Assembly (NCBI GenBank): GCA_033764015.1
Contig: JANRJK010000026.1
Span: 1 to 49,005 of the forward strand
Direction of reading: 5' to 3'
Source of the DNA: Candidatus Sumerlaeia bacterium
GTDB taxonomy: Bacteria > Sumerlaeota > Sumerlaeia > SLMS01 > JANRJK01
Length of the DNA stretch: 49,005 nt
Shown: positions 40,198 to 49,005 of the stretch, one piece after another
Numbering within the stretch: the stretch's first letter is position 1
Layout of the letters: each line of letters begins with the position of its first letter
The notes under the pieces: generated by a model
Database searches by the model: none
Seen by the model: only the letters and a program-made list of their open reading frames with translations
Told to the model about the DNA's origin: nothing
Translations under genes and position numbers: made by a program

Positions 40198-41193
40198 CTA
40201 CTTCCGCTCCACCTCCACCCGTTCCGGCTGGTTCACGCGGTCGGAGAATCCCGGCGCCTTGCCGCGCGGGGCGGCGGGGCCGAGGTCGACGCGTTCGATG
40301 CGCGGGATGCCGGGGGGCAGCGGGTGCAGCTCGGGGTAGAGGCAGTGCGCGAGCATTTCGAGTCCGTCCACCAGGCGCGGGCTGGGGCGGCTGAAGAAGT
40401 TGTGCGAGTCCACCGCGTAAACGCGACCGCTCTTCGTCGCGGGGAGGTCCCAGAAGCCGGGGAAGCCCGCGAGCACCGGGATGTCCTCGAGAATGCGCTC
40501 GAGGCTGTGCCCGCAGCTCGCGAGCACCAGGATCTCGGGCATCCAGCCGACGACGTCCTGCCAGAGGAGTCGGCGGCTGGCGGCGCCGGCCTTGCCGAAG
40601 CCCTCGATGCCGCCGGTGAACTCGGTCATCTCCGCCACCCAGTGGCCGGCGGAGAAGGGCGGGTCGATCCATTCGAGCACGCAGATGCGCTGCGGATACT
40701 CGAGGGAGCGCCCGCGCTCGCGGACCGCCTGGACGCGCGCCTTCAGGCGCTGGACCAGTTCACCCGCGGCGACCTGCGTGCCCGTGGCGGCGCCGATCTG
40801 GCGAATGTTCTCGAACACGCCGGAGAAATCGTTCGGCGACAGCGGGAGCACGCGCGCGGGGTGGATCATGCGGGCCGCCACGCGGCGCACTTGTTCGAGA
40901 TCGACCGCGCACACGGGGCAGAGTCCCTGGGTGATGATGAGGTCGGGCGCGAGGTCGCTGAGCAGCTTCTCGTCGATCTGGTACAGCGGACGTCCGGTTT
41001 GCGCCGAGGCGGTGACCTGCGCGTCGATGTCGCGGCTTTCCGCGTCCATCCGGAGGTTCGACCGCGTGAGGCGCGGGAATCGCGACACGAACGGGGGGAA
41101 ATCGCACTCGTGGGACACGCCGACGAGGGTGTCCTCGAGGCCGAGCTTGCAGATGATCTCGGTGGCGCTGGGAAGCAGGGAAACGATACGCAT
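40198..41193 (-). CDS. BtuF/TroA-like cobalamin-binding family protein lacking a signal peptide
   Basis: MRIVSLLPSATEI..LG..LVGVSHECDFP, TQGLCPVCAV, LEWIDPPF.AGHW, FSRPSPRLVDG; TGATG coupling to the permease. Confidence 0.85.
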   Translation of the reverse strand: MRIVSLLPSATEIICKLGLEDTLVGVSHECDFPPFVSRFPRLTRSNLRMDAESRDIDAQVTASAQTGRPLYQIDEKLLSDLAPDLIITQGLCPVCAVDLEQVRRVAARMIHPARVLPLSPNDFSGVFENIRQIGAATGTQVAAGELVQRLKARVQAVRERGRSLEYPQRICVLEWIDPPFSAGHWVAEMTEFTGGIEGFGKAGAASRRLLWQDVVGWMPEILVLASCGHSLERILEDIPVLAGFPGFWDLPATKSGRVYAVDSHNFFSRPSPRLVDGLEMLAHCLYPELHPLPPGIPRIERVDLGPAAPRGKAPGFSDRVNQPERVEVERK

Positions 41194-42209
41194 CAGGGTG
41201 ATCGCCGTGTGGCAAGAAGCCAAAGGAAGAAGGGTGCGCCTAGTAGGCCGGTAAGGACTCCCACGGGAAGCTCGACCGATCCGAGCGTAAATCGAGCGCA
41301 CATATCGGCCATAGCGAGGAAAATTGCGCCACCCATTGTCGCCGAAATCAAGAGCGATCTGTGGTCCGCCCCGACTAACTTCCGCATCGCGTGCGGCACG
41401 ATCAGCCCCACGAACCCGATCGGTCCCGCGAACGCCGCCAGGAAGGCGACCAGCACCGACGCCGCGCCGAGCGCCAGCAGCCGCACCCGCACCACGCGCA
41501 CCCCGAGGTGGAACGCCCCTTCGTCGCCGAGCGCGAGCAGGTTGAGCGCGCGCGCCTGCGCCAGCAGCACGGCCAGCGCCCCCGCCAGAAGCGCCGCCGC
41601 CGCGCCGACCACGCCGTAGGACGGCACGTCGAGCCCGCCCATCAGCCAGCGGAGCAGCAGCAGGGTCTGGAAGGGGTCGCTCAGATACTGGATCAGCAGG
41701 ATCGCCGATCCGAACAGGAAGTTCAGCGTGACGCCCGCCAGCAGCAGCGCCCCCGGCGTCGACGGTCCGCGGCGCACCCGCGACAAACCGTAGAGCAGCG
41801 CAAGCGCGCCGACCGCCCCCATGAAGGCGCCGGAGGGAAGGGCCCACGCGCTCCACCGCAGCCCGGCGAGCTGGTACACGGCGAGCGCGCCGAGCGCCGA
41901 TCCGCTCGCCACGCCGAGCGAGTACGGCTCCGCGAGGTCGTTGCGCAGCACCGCTTGGTAGACCGCGCCAGCGAGCGCCAACCCTCCGCCGCAGACCAGG
42001 CCGAAGAGCACGCGCGGCAGGCGGGTCGTCAGGTACAGGTGGGCCTCGATCGAATCTTCGCCGCTCCGGAGCGCCCGCGCGAGCGCGACCGGATCGAGGC
42101 GTACTTGCCCGAAGAGCGGCAGCACCGCGGCGCAGGCGATGACGCCGAGGGCGAGCGCGGGGATCCACAAGCGCGCGCGCCGGTCCGGCTTCGGGGGCGC
42201 CGGCTCCAT
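41193..42209 (-). CDS. btuC: FecCD/BtuC-family ABC permease (cobalamin uptake)
   Basis: RLPRVL..GGGLA.AG..YQ.VLRN.LAEPY.LGVASG, GPIGFVGLIVPH, ELPVGV.T.LLGAPFF; under a B12 riboswitch. Confidence 0.88.
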   Translation of the reverse strand: MEPAPPKPDRRARLWIPALALGVIACAAVLPLFGQVRLDPVALARALRSGEDSIEAHLYLTTRLPRVLFGLVCGGGLALAGAVYQAVLRNDLAEPYSLGVASGSALGALAVYQLAGLRWSAWALPSGAFMGAVGALALLYGLSRVRRGPSTPGALLLAGVTLNFLFGSAILLIQYLSDPFQTLLLLRWLMGGLDVPSYGVVGAAAALLAGALAVLLAQARALNLLALGDEGAFHLGVRVVRVRLLALGAASVLVAFLAAFAGPIGFVGLIVPHAMRKLVGADHRSLLISATMGGAIFLAMADMCARFTLGSVELPVGVLTGLLGAPFFLWLLATRRSP

Positions 42210-42215
42210 CGGAGG

Positions 42216-43115
42216 CTAGCGCTCCGCCGTCGCGAATCCGTCGTCGCGGGCCAGCAGCGCGCGCAGGCGCTCCATGCTCGACACCACGCCGGGCCCCGGG
42301 ATGGAGAGGTGGGCGTCGTCGATGAACTGCACCCGCGTGCGCCCCTTCGCCCGCGGCCCGAGCGCCTTCGCCCAGTCGCGCCGCAGCTCCTCGCGCTCCG
42401 CCCCGTCGAGCGCCTCGATCCCCTCGCGCAGCTCGATCACGAACTCCGGCGGGTCGATCACCAGCGATTCCTTCGATACCGTCGGATAGAGCGCCGGCGC
42501 GCCGTCGAGGTAGTTGCGGTGGCCGAGGGTCTCGATGACCTCGTGGAGGAAGGTGCCGGGCCCCACGGAGAACACGTCGCGCACGGCGCCGGGCGGGCGG
42601 CCGAGCACCAGGAGCACGCGCGGCGCGTCGCCCGCCCGGGGCGCGCGGAGCTTGTCGAGGGCGGCGTCGAAGCGCGCGATGGCGGCTTCCGCTTCGCGCT
42701 CGCGGCCGAGGCGCCGCCCGAGCTCCGCGAGCCCTTCGCGGATGTCCTCGAGCGTGAGGCTTTCGATGGCGAGCGTCGGGACGCCGGCGGCGCCGAGCCG
42801 CGTCTCGAGGTCGCGTCCGCTGGGAACGCCGACGGCCAGGTCGGGGCGCAGCGCTACCATGCGCTCGAAAGCGGGGTTGAGGTGCCCGCCAAGCCGTGGC
42901 AGGCGCGCGGCCTCCTCCGGCCAGCGGCAGTAGTCGGTCACGCCGACGAGCTGCGGCCCGGCGCCGATCTCGAACAGCGCCTCCGTCAGGTTGGGCGCGA
43001 GCGAGACGATCCGCAGCGTGTCCGAAGTCCGCGCGTCCTCCGCGCGGAGCGGAGCGGTCAGGAGGGCCAGGAGCAGGAGCGCGGCGGCCGCCGCGCGGCG
43101 GATGGGCGGTGTCAC
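42216..43115 (-). CDS. btuF: Periplasmic cobalamin-binding protein (helical backbone SBP)
   Basis: Signal peptide; RIVSLAPNLTEALFEIGAG.QLVGVTDYC.WP; SIPGP; GTGA overlap with the pilin-like gene. Confidence 0.85.
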   Translation of the reverse strand: MTPPIRRAAAAALLLLALLTAPLRAEDARTSDTLRIVSLAPNLTEALFEIGAGPQLVGVTDYCRWPEEAARLPRLGGHLNPAFERMVALRPDLAVGVPSGRDLETRLGAAGVPTLAIESLTLEDIREGLAELGRRLGREREAEAAIARFDAALDKLRAPRAGDAPRVLLVLGRPPGAVRDVFSVGPGTFLHEVIETLGHRNYLDGAPALYPTVSKESLVIDPPEFVIELREGIEALDGAEREELRRDWAKALGPRAKGRTRVQFIDDAHLSIPGPGVVSSMERLRALLARDDGFATAER

Positions 43116-43819
43116 GGCGCCGTCGCGCCCGCCGCCGAGGGCTCGCGGTCCGTGCCGCCGACGACCGTGCGGACGGCGAAATCGGAGAAGACGGCGTGCT
43201 CGAGCGTGCCCTCCGCCGCGCCCTCGCCCCAGGGGAACTGGTAGTCCGCCGGGTAGCTCGGGGCGGAGGCGCCGTACCAACCGTCCTCGGCGGCGACCCA
43301 AACGTTGCGCAGGATCCAGACGGCGCCGCTGTTCACATTGCCGGTGCCGCCGGTGACGCCGCCGCTCGAGAGAGCCGAGGCGTTGTACGCGTAGCGGAAG
43401 TTGTGGTAGCGGGGGTGGCCGCCGCGGACCGTTTCGAGGGCGCCGTACAGGCGGAGGAACTTCGGGTTGAAGAGCGTCCGCCAGTTCTGCACGTAGCCCT
43501 CCTCGACGAGCAGCCACGGCACCCCGTCCCAGGAGCCGCCCGCCGCTGGGCCGTTGCCGACCGCGGTGAACTGGCGGCCATGCGAGGGGAAGGGCCCCGC
43601 CTCTCGGTCGCCCGGCGGCAGCGTGCCGTGGTCGACATAGTACGTCTGCAGCCCCGTCATGACGGTGCGCAGGTTCGCCATGTCGGAGGACTTCCAGGCG
43701 CGCTCGCTGGCGGTTCGGAAGTTCACGAGGCCGATCGCCGCGAGGATCGCGACGATGGACACGACGATGAGGAGTTCGATGAGTGTGAAGGCGCGTCGCG
43801 CCGGGAAGCACGGTGGCAT
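43112..43819 (-). CDS. Prepilin-type N-terminal cleavage/methylation protein, first gene of the cobalamin-riboswitch operon
   Basis: RRA|FTLIELLIVVSIVAILAAIGLVNF...LQTYYVDHG; aromatic-rich C-terminal domain; GAGG upstream of ATG 43819. Confidence 0.88.
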   Translation of the reverse strand: MPPCFPARRAFTLIELLIVVSIVAILAAIGLVNFRTASERAWKSSDMANLRTVMTGLQTYYVDHGTLPPGDREAGPFPSHGRQFTAVGNGPAAGGSWDGVPWLLVEEGYVQNWRTLFNPKFLRLYGALETVRGGHPRYHNFRYAYNASALSSGGVTGGTGNVNSGAVWILRNVWVAAEDGWYGASAPSYPADYQFPWGEGAAEGTLEHAVFSDFAVRTVVGGTDREPSAAGATAP

Positions 43820-43889
43820 GGCCACGCATCCTCGACCCGCCCTTCCCTCGAAGGCGGAGCGATGCCAGGCGGCGCGGAACGCCGCGAGG

Positions 43890-44095
43890 GCCGGTGGCAG
43901 GTCTTCGGACTCGCTGGCGTTGCCCGGATGCTTCCGGGGTTCCTCGGGGCCGCGCCTTCCCGGACCGTAAGGGTCCAGTGGCTGCGAAGCGGCCCGTCGT
44001 TCCAGCATACCGCTGCGGGGCAGTCCCGGAGTCGCACCGGGTTCCCTGTTTCCGCGCCATCCCGGCGAACCTCCGGGGCGGCGCACCGCCGACGC
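43890..44095 (-). promoter_or_regulatory. Cobalamin (AdoCbl) riboswitch
   Basis: Minus strand GGTGC...AACAGGGAACCCGGTGCGACTCCGGGACTGCCCCGCAGCGGTA...GCCACTG...GGGAAGG...AGTCCGAAGACCTGCC (B12 box at 43896-43911). Confidence 0.96.
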
Positions 44096-44100
44096 CGGCG

Positions 44101-44130
44101 ACGCTATGTCCGGGATTGGCCCGCGGTCAA
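44101..44130 (-). promoter_or_regulatory. Candidate sigma70 promoter for the B12 operon
   Basis: TTGACC-N18-TAGCGT immediately 5' of the riboswitch. Confidence 0.45.
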
Positions 44131-44271
44131 CAGCTTGCGCCGCCGCGGCGCGGGAAAGCGGTTGCCGCGCGCCCGAAACGCTTGCGCCCCGCCGGGGCGC
44201 CGGTTCCCATACGCGCCGCAAGCCCGCTGAACCAGCATCCTCGCCACCCCTCCCGAGGAAAGACGGTCCCG

Positions 44272-45276
44272 ATGGTCACCGCGACGCAGCGCAAGGTCCG
44301 CGAATCACTCACGGCCTACGCCTACCTAGCGCCGGCGGCCGTGGTGCTGATCACGTTCTGGTTCCTCCCCGTGATCGTCTCGCTTGCCATGTCGTTCTTC
44401 AACCTCACCGCGCTGTCGCCGCTGGACGAAGCCTCCTTCGTCGGCGTGGCCAACTTCAAGCGCGCCCTCAATTCCGAGCAGTTCCAGCGCTCGCTGTGGA
44501 ACACGGTGAACTACGCGGTGTATTCCGTGCCCCTCACGCTCTTCTTCAGCTTGATGGCCGCGCTGCTGCTCAACTCAAAGGTGAAGGGAATCGCGGTTTG
44601 GCGCACGGTTTTCTTCCTGCCCTACATCACCACTTGGGTCGCGATCTCGATTGTGTGGATGTACATCTACCACAAGAACTACGGGCTCGCGAACTTCTTC
44701 CTACAGACGGTCAGCGTCGATCTACTCGGACTGGAGTCCCCTTGGAAGCTCCAGTGGCTCGACGAGGACCGGGGAATCTGGGAAATGCTCTTCGGCTTCA
44801 AGGTTTCCAATTGGCCCTTCGCAATGGACGAACTTGTTTCGGGCCCCTCCCTCGCCCTCTTCTCCATCATCATCACCTCCGTTTGGCGTGACATCGGGTA
44901 CTTCATGATTATCTTCCTCGCTGGTTTGCAGAACATCGACAAGACGTACTACGAAGCCGCCGACATCGACGGCGCGTCGCCATGGACCCAATTCTGGCAC
45001 ATCACGTTTCCGTTGTTGAGCCCGGTCAGCTTCTTCCTGCTGGTCATCTCGCTCATTGGCGCGTTCCAAGTCTTCGTGCCCATGCTCGTGATGACGCCCA
45101 ACGGAGGAATCAACTACTCCACCGCGCCGATGGTGTTCTACATTTACGACTCGGGCTTCCGGGGTAACTGGGAGCTAAGCTACGCATCGGCGATCGCTTA
45201 CCTGCTCACGGGCATGATCCTCACGTTGACGATCATCCAGAACAAGGTACTCGGCAAGAAGGTGGTGTACCAATAA
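44272..45276 (+). CDS. Carbohydrate ABC transporter permease (CUT1, MalF/UgpA-like)
   Basis: YLAPA, RTVFFLP, IFLAGLQNIDKTYYEAADIDGA (EAA loop). Confidence 0.93.
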   Translation: MVTATQRKVRESLTAYAYLAPAAVVLITFWFLPVIVSLAMSFFNLTALSPLDEASFVGVANFKRALNSEQFQRSLWNTVNYAVYSVPLTLFFSLMAALLLNSKVKGIAVWRTVFFLPYITTWVAISIVWMYIYHKNYGLANFFLQTVSVDLLGLESPWKLQWLDEDRGIWEMLFGFKVSNWPFAMDELVSGPSLALFSIIITSVWRDIGYFMIIFLAGLQNIDKTYYEAADIDGASPWTQFWHITFPLLSPVSFFLLVISLIGAFQVFVPMLVMTPNGGINYSTAPMVFYIYDSGFRGNWELSYASAIAYLLTGMILTLTIIQNKVLGKKVVYQ

Positions 45277-46499
45277 TGGACCCCACCATTATCTTCCGGA
45301 CAGTAGTTTACGGGCTCTTTGTCGTGAACGTGCTAGTGGTGGCGTTCATTTTGTTCGGACACCTGTTCGCCCGAGGGGAAGCCCATAGCGACACCCTCGA
45401 GTCGAGCATCGGCCTGTGGGCCAAGCGAATGCGGCGGTTTCTCGTGTATGAAGCGCTCGTTCTCTCCTCTTTCTTCATGGTGGTCCCCTTCTACTGGATG
45501 GTTTCCACCAGCTTCAAGGACGCCCGCACCGCTATCGAGTTCCCCCCGGAATGGCTGCCGGTGCGCATCGACAACCTCGCCCCCCCCGCGGACCAGCTCG
45601 AACCCGGTTCAGGCAGCGACTTGATCCGGGTGAAGTCGATTGGCTTCCGCCGCCGCGTCGAGGACCCGATCCGGGTCGTGCCGCAGTCCGAGGTCGAGTT
45701 CAGAGCGATTGAAGTCGAAGGGGCAACGATCCATCGCGAAGTTTGGGATACCACCAAGGAATACCTTGTTCCGCCGGATCGCATCAAAGAGAAGCGCTCC
45801 TGGAACTTCAGCATCAAGAACTTCCTTGAGGCTTGGTACGCTCCCGAGGAGGCGACGCGCGGGCAGGCGAACTTCACCCGCTACTTCTTTGTCTCCATCG
45901 TGACCGCCATCGCTGCCACGATCGGCACGCTCATCACGGGGGCCTTCGCCGCATTCGCCTTTTCGCGATTCGAGTTTGTGGGCAAGGGTATTTTCTTCTA
46001 CATCATCCTCGCCACAATGATGGTGCCGGGGCAGGTGTTGCTGATCCCGAACTTCCTGATCCTTTCGGGCCTGGGTTGGCTCGATACTTACGCAGCGCTC
46101 ATTGTGCCTTGGCTGGCGTCGGTGTTCACCATTTTCCTGATGCGCCAGTTCTTCCTCACGATCCCTGTGGACCTGTGGGAGGCGGCCCGCATCGACGGCG
46201 CCAGCAGTTTCCGCTACCTCGTGCAGATCGTGGTTCCCCTTTCCAAGCCGGTCTTCATCACCGCTGGCATCTTCACCTTCCTGAACAATTGGAATTCGCT
46301 GCTCTGGCCGTTGATCGTGACCACGCGACCCGACATGCGCACGTTGATGGTGGGCTTGCAGGCGTTCAGCGAGGACGCGGGAACGAACTTCCACCTGCTG
46401 ATGACCGCCGCGACCATGGCGATCCTGCCGGTCGTCATCCTGTTCTTCTTCCTTCAGCGCTTCTTCATCGAGGGCATCGCGCGCACCGGCCTGAAGTAG
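45276..46499 (+). CDS. Carbohydrate ABC transporter permease (CUT1, MalG/UgpE-like) with N-terminal extension and large loop
   Basis: PFYWMVSTSFK, MMVPGQV..IP, EAARIDGA, FLQRFFIEG; TAATG overlap. Confidence 0.93.
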   Translation: MDPTIIFRTVVYGLFVVNVLVVAFILFGHLFARGEAHSDTLESSIGLWAKRMRRFLVYEALVLSSFFMVVPFYWMVSTSFKDARTAIEFPPEWLPVRIDNLAPPADQLEPGSGSDLIRVKSIGFRRRVEDPIRVVPQSEVEFRAIEVEGATIHREVWDTTKEYLVPPDRIKEKRSWNFSIKNFLEAWYAPEEATRGQANFTRYFFVSIVTAIAATIGTLITGAFAAFAFSRFEFVGKGIFFYIILATMMVPGQVLLIPNFLILSGLGWLDTYAALIVPWLASVFTIFLMRQFFLTIPVDLWEAARIDGASSFRYLVQIVVPLSKPVFITAGIFTFLNNWNSLLWPLIVTTRPDMRTLMVGLQAFSEDAGTNFHLLMTAATMAILPVVILFFFLQRFFIEGIARTGLK

Positions 46500-46525
46500 C
46501 CGCCGCGAGCCCGGAGACAAGACGC

Positions 46526-46549
46526 TTGCCCGCCCCGACGGGCGGGCAA
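46526..46549. terminator. Hairpin after the sugar permeases
   Basis: TTGCCCGCCC-CGAC-GGGCGGGCAA perfect 10-bp stem; weak U tail. Confidence 0.4.
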
Positions 46550-46586
46550 TAAAGCCTTTCACAACGACTCCGACAGGATACGCTCC

Positions 46587-48206
46587 ATGACGCTTTTCAC
46601 CGAGAACCCGGGCGGCGCCCGCTACGGCAAGACGCTCCAAGCCGCGCACTTCATCGACGGCAAGATGACGCAAGGGACCGGCGAGGAGCGCCTCCAATCG
46701 CGGAATCCGGCGTGGCTCGACGATGTCGTTTGCGAGTTCCCCCAGGCGCTGGCGGAGGACGTCGAGGCCGCGTGCCTCTCCGCGGCGAGCGCCTTCAAGC
46801 GCTGGAAGGCCACCCCCGCCCCGATCCGCGGCGAAGTGCTCATCCGCGTGGCGGAGATCCTCCGCGCCCAGAAGGAGCCGCTGAGCCGCCTCATCACGCG
46901 CGAGATCGGAAAGCCGCTCCGCGAGGCGCGCGGCGAGGTGCAGGAGGCGATCGACACCGCGATCTTCTTCCAGAGCGAAGGCCGCCGGCTCTACGGCCAG
47001 ACGGTCCCCAGCGAAATGCGCCGCAAGTCGCTGGAGACGCACCGGCGCCCGCTCGGCGTCTGCGGGCTGATCACCGCCGGCAACTTCCCCTTCGCGGTCC
47101 CGTCGTGGAAGATCATCCCCGCGCTGATCTGCGGCAACACGGTGGTCTGGAAGCCGAGCGAGGACGCCCCCGGCGTGGCCTACGCCTTCGCCAACGTGTT
47201 CCGCGCGGCGGGGCTCCCGGACGGGGTGCTCAACGTGGTCTACGGCACCGGCGCGCTGGCCGGCCAGGCGCTGGTGGACGCCATCGACAAGGGCCTCGTG
47301 CAGAAGATCAGCTTCACCGGCAGCACCGCGGTCGGGCGCCGCATCGGCGAGGTCGCGGGGCGCAACCTGCAGGTCCCCTCGCTCGAACTCGGCGGCAAGA
47401 ACCCGATGATCGTGATGGAGGACGCTGACGTGGACGCGGCGGTGACCGCCGCCATCTGGGCCGGCTTCGGCACCGGCGGCCAGCGCTGCACGTCGCTCGG
47501 CAACCTGATCCTGCACCGCGACATCGCCGACCGCTTCGTCGACGCCTACGCCGCGAAGGCGAAGGAGCTGGTGATCGGCGACCCGTCGCTCCACGAGGAC
47601 ATCACCTACGGCCCGATGATCTCCGAGCGCTTCCTGGAACGCTACCTCGCGCACCACGACATCGTGGCGAAGGCGTCCGAAGCCCGGACGCTGCTCCGCG
47701 GCGACCGGGTGCGGCCCGGCGCGGAGCCCCCCCGCTTCTGCGGCGACGCGGCCAAGGGGCTCTACGTCACGCCGACAATCGTCGACCACGTCTCGATCGA
47801 CGACGAGATCGCGCAGACGGAGGTCTTCGGCCCCACCGTGAACATCCTGCGCGTGCGCGACTTCGACCAGGCGATGGCGGCCGCGAACGGCACGAAGTAC
47901 GGCCTCTCCTCCGCCATCTACACGAACGACCCGAAGCGCCGCCTGCGCTTCAAGGAGGAGATCACCGCCGGCATGTCGAGCATCAACAACTCGACCACCG
48001 GCGCAGAGGCCCACCTCCCCTTCGGCGGCAACGGCTGGTCCGGCAACGGCACGCGCGAGAGCGGCATCTGGGTGCTCGACGCGTACACGCGCTGGCACGC
48101 GGTGAACATCGACGATTCGGGCGGCCTGCAGCTCGCCCAAATCGACACGGAGACGGTGAACAAGGGCGAGGCGGAGGATTTGTCGCCGCTGATGGCGGCC
48201 CGCTGA
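46587..48206 (+). CDS. NAD(P)-dependent aldehyde dehydrogenase
   Basis: [44 protein letters not shown]. Confidence 0.95.
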   Translation: MTLFTENPGGARYGKTLQAAHFIDGKMTQGTGEERLQSRNPAWLDDVVCEFPQALAEDVEAACLSAASAFKRWKATPAPIRGEVLIRVAEILRAQKEPLSRLITREIGKPLREARGEVQEAIDTAIFFQSEGRRLYGQTVPSEMRRKSLETHRRPLGVCGLITAGNFPFAVPSWKIIPALICGNTVVWKPSEDAPGVAYAFANVFRAAGLPDGVLNVVYGTGALAGQALVDAIDKGLVQKISFTGSTAVGRRIGEVAGRNLQVPSLELGGKNPMIVMEDADVDAAVTAAIWAGFGTGGQRCTSLGNLILHRDIADRFVDAYAAKAKELVIGDPSLHEDITYGPMISERFLERYLAHHDIVAKASEARTLLRGDRVRPGAEPPRFCGDAAKGLYVTPTIVDHVSIDDEIAQTEVFGPTVNILRVRDFDQAMAAANGTKYGLSSAIYTNDPKRRLRFKEEITAGMSSINNSTTGAEAHLPFGGNGWSGNGTRESGIWVLDAYTRWHAVNIDDSGGLQLAQIDTETVNKGEAEDLSPLMAAR

Positions 48207-48236
48207 CACCCGGCCGCGCGGCGGCCCGTGGATTCC

Positions 48237-49005
48237 TTACGCTCCGCCGCCCGCAAGGGCGGCGGTTAGCGTATCCAGCCGGAACTGCTCCGCGCGGTTG
48301 CGCTGCAGCTTCCCCGCCGATTCCAGCTCCGACCGGGCCCCCTCCCGGTCGTCGAGCGCGAGCAGCGCCTCGGCCAGCGTGAGTCGGTGCCCGGCGTCGA
48401 GGGGGTGCAGCTCGACCGCCTCCCGCGCGGCGTCGGCGGCGGCGCGGGGCTGGCGCGCGGCGAGGAGCGCCTGGGCGAGCGCGTCGCGCAATCCCGCCGA
48501 AGCGGGGCTCAGTTCGATGGCCCGGCGGAGGTCGCCAAGCGCCCCGGCGTCGCGCATGGCGAGGCGGTAGGCCGCCCGGCGTTCCCAGAGCGCCGGGTCG
48601 TTCGGCTGCCATTCGAGCGCCTGGCCGATCTGCTCGAGCGCCTCGCCCGCGTCGTTGCCGTAGGCGAACGCGTCCTGCGCGGCTTCTAGACGCTGCTGGG
48701 CGAAGCCGGGGCGCGCCTGCGTGTGCCAGAGCGCGCCTGCGGCGAGGAGCACGGCGGCCAGTGTGGCGGCGGCCAGCCCGCGGCCGGCGGGCGCCTCCGG
48801 AACCCCGGAGCCCGCGGCGAGCCCAAGTAGCGCGCCGAGCACGAGGAGCCCCTCGCGGGTGTCGAGCGCGAAGTCCGCGAGGCCATGGACGAGCAGCGCG
48901 GCGGTGGCGGCGAGCGCCGAAGGATCATTATCCACCACCAGCACCCGCGCTGCGCCGAATTGCCCTGCGGCCCGCGGGGTCGAGGCAGGCGTGGCGGGCG
49001 CAGCG
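48237..49005 (-). CDS. Partial (5' end outside window) O-antigen ligase-like membrane protein with C-terminal TPRs
   Basis: Frame is open to the window edge; ALLVHGLADF motif, TM segments, then TPR repeats. Confidence 0.6.
   Translation of the reverse strand, partial: AAPATPASTPRAAGQFGAARVLVVDNDPSALAATAALLVHGLADFALDTREGLLVLGALLGLAAGSGVPEAPAGRGLAAATLAAVLLAAGALWHTQARPGFAQQRLEAAQDAFAYGNDAGEALEQIGQALEWQPNDPALWERRAAYRLAMRDAGALGDLRRAIELSPASAGLRDALAQALLAARQPRAAADAAREAVELHPLDAGHRLTLAEALLALDDREGARSELESAGKLQRNRAEQFRLDTLTAALAGGGA

Overview
A 49 kb high-GC bacterial chromosomal segment. The prepilin signature FTLIELLIVVAIIAILAAIAVPNFLEAQTRAKVSR...YDPTNG suggests Candidatus Sumerlaeota/BRC1 or a relative (inference). 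Left to right: a minus-strand type I-like restriction-modification operon (hsdR, an Avd-like four-helix-bundle gene, a fused hsdM-hsdS, a PD-(D/E)xK nuclease); a singlet glycine riboswitch with gcvT-gcvH-gcvPA; TPR and GT2 genes; a zinc-starvation-type operon (prepilin-like gene, ABC ATPase, permease, His-rich lipoprotein, DUF3299); YbaY, acyl-CoA synthetase, ribD, ubiX, a cohesin-like protein, a thioredoxin-CBM48 protein and fabI; ArsR with an RND pump; a phosphatase-cytochrome c fusion; hflKC with an IscU-like gene; TerC and SbtA; a cobalamin-riboswitch operon (prepilin-like gene, btuF, btuC, a second BtuF-like gene); two sugar ABC permeases; an aldehyde dehydrogenase; and a partial O-antigen-ligase/TPR gene. 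Three solo lower-GC defence-like genes (SIR2, SEFIR, ABC-ATPase/TOPRIM) are interspersed. Two observations stand out. First, pilin-like genes lead two separate micronutrient-uptake operons, in the slot where a TonB-dependent receptor is often found. Second, 9-bp ATGGACNNN arrays sit in and around the four-helix-bundle gene and in-frame inside the methyltransferase, with one array inverted relative to the other three. No database searches were run; all calls come from motif recognition.
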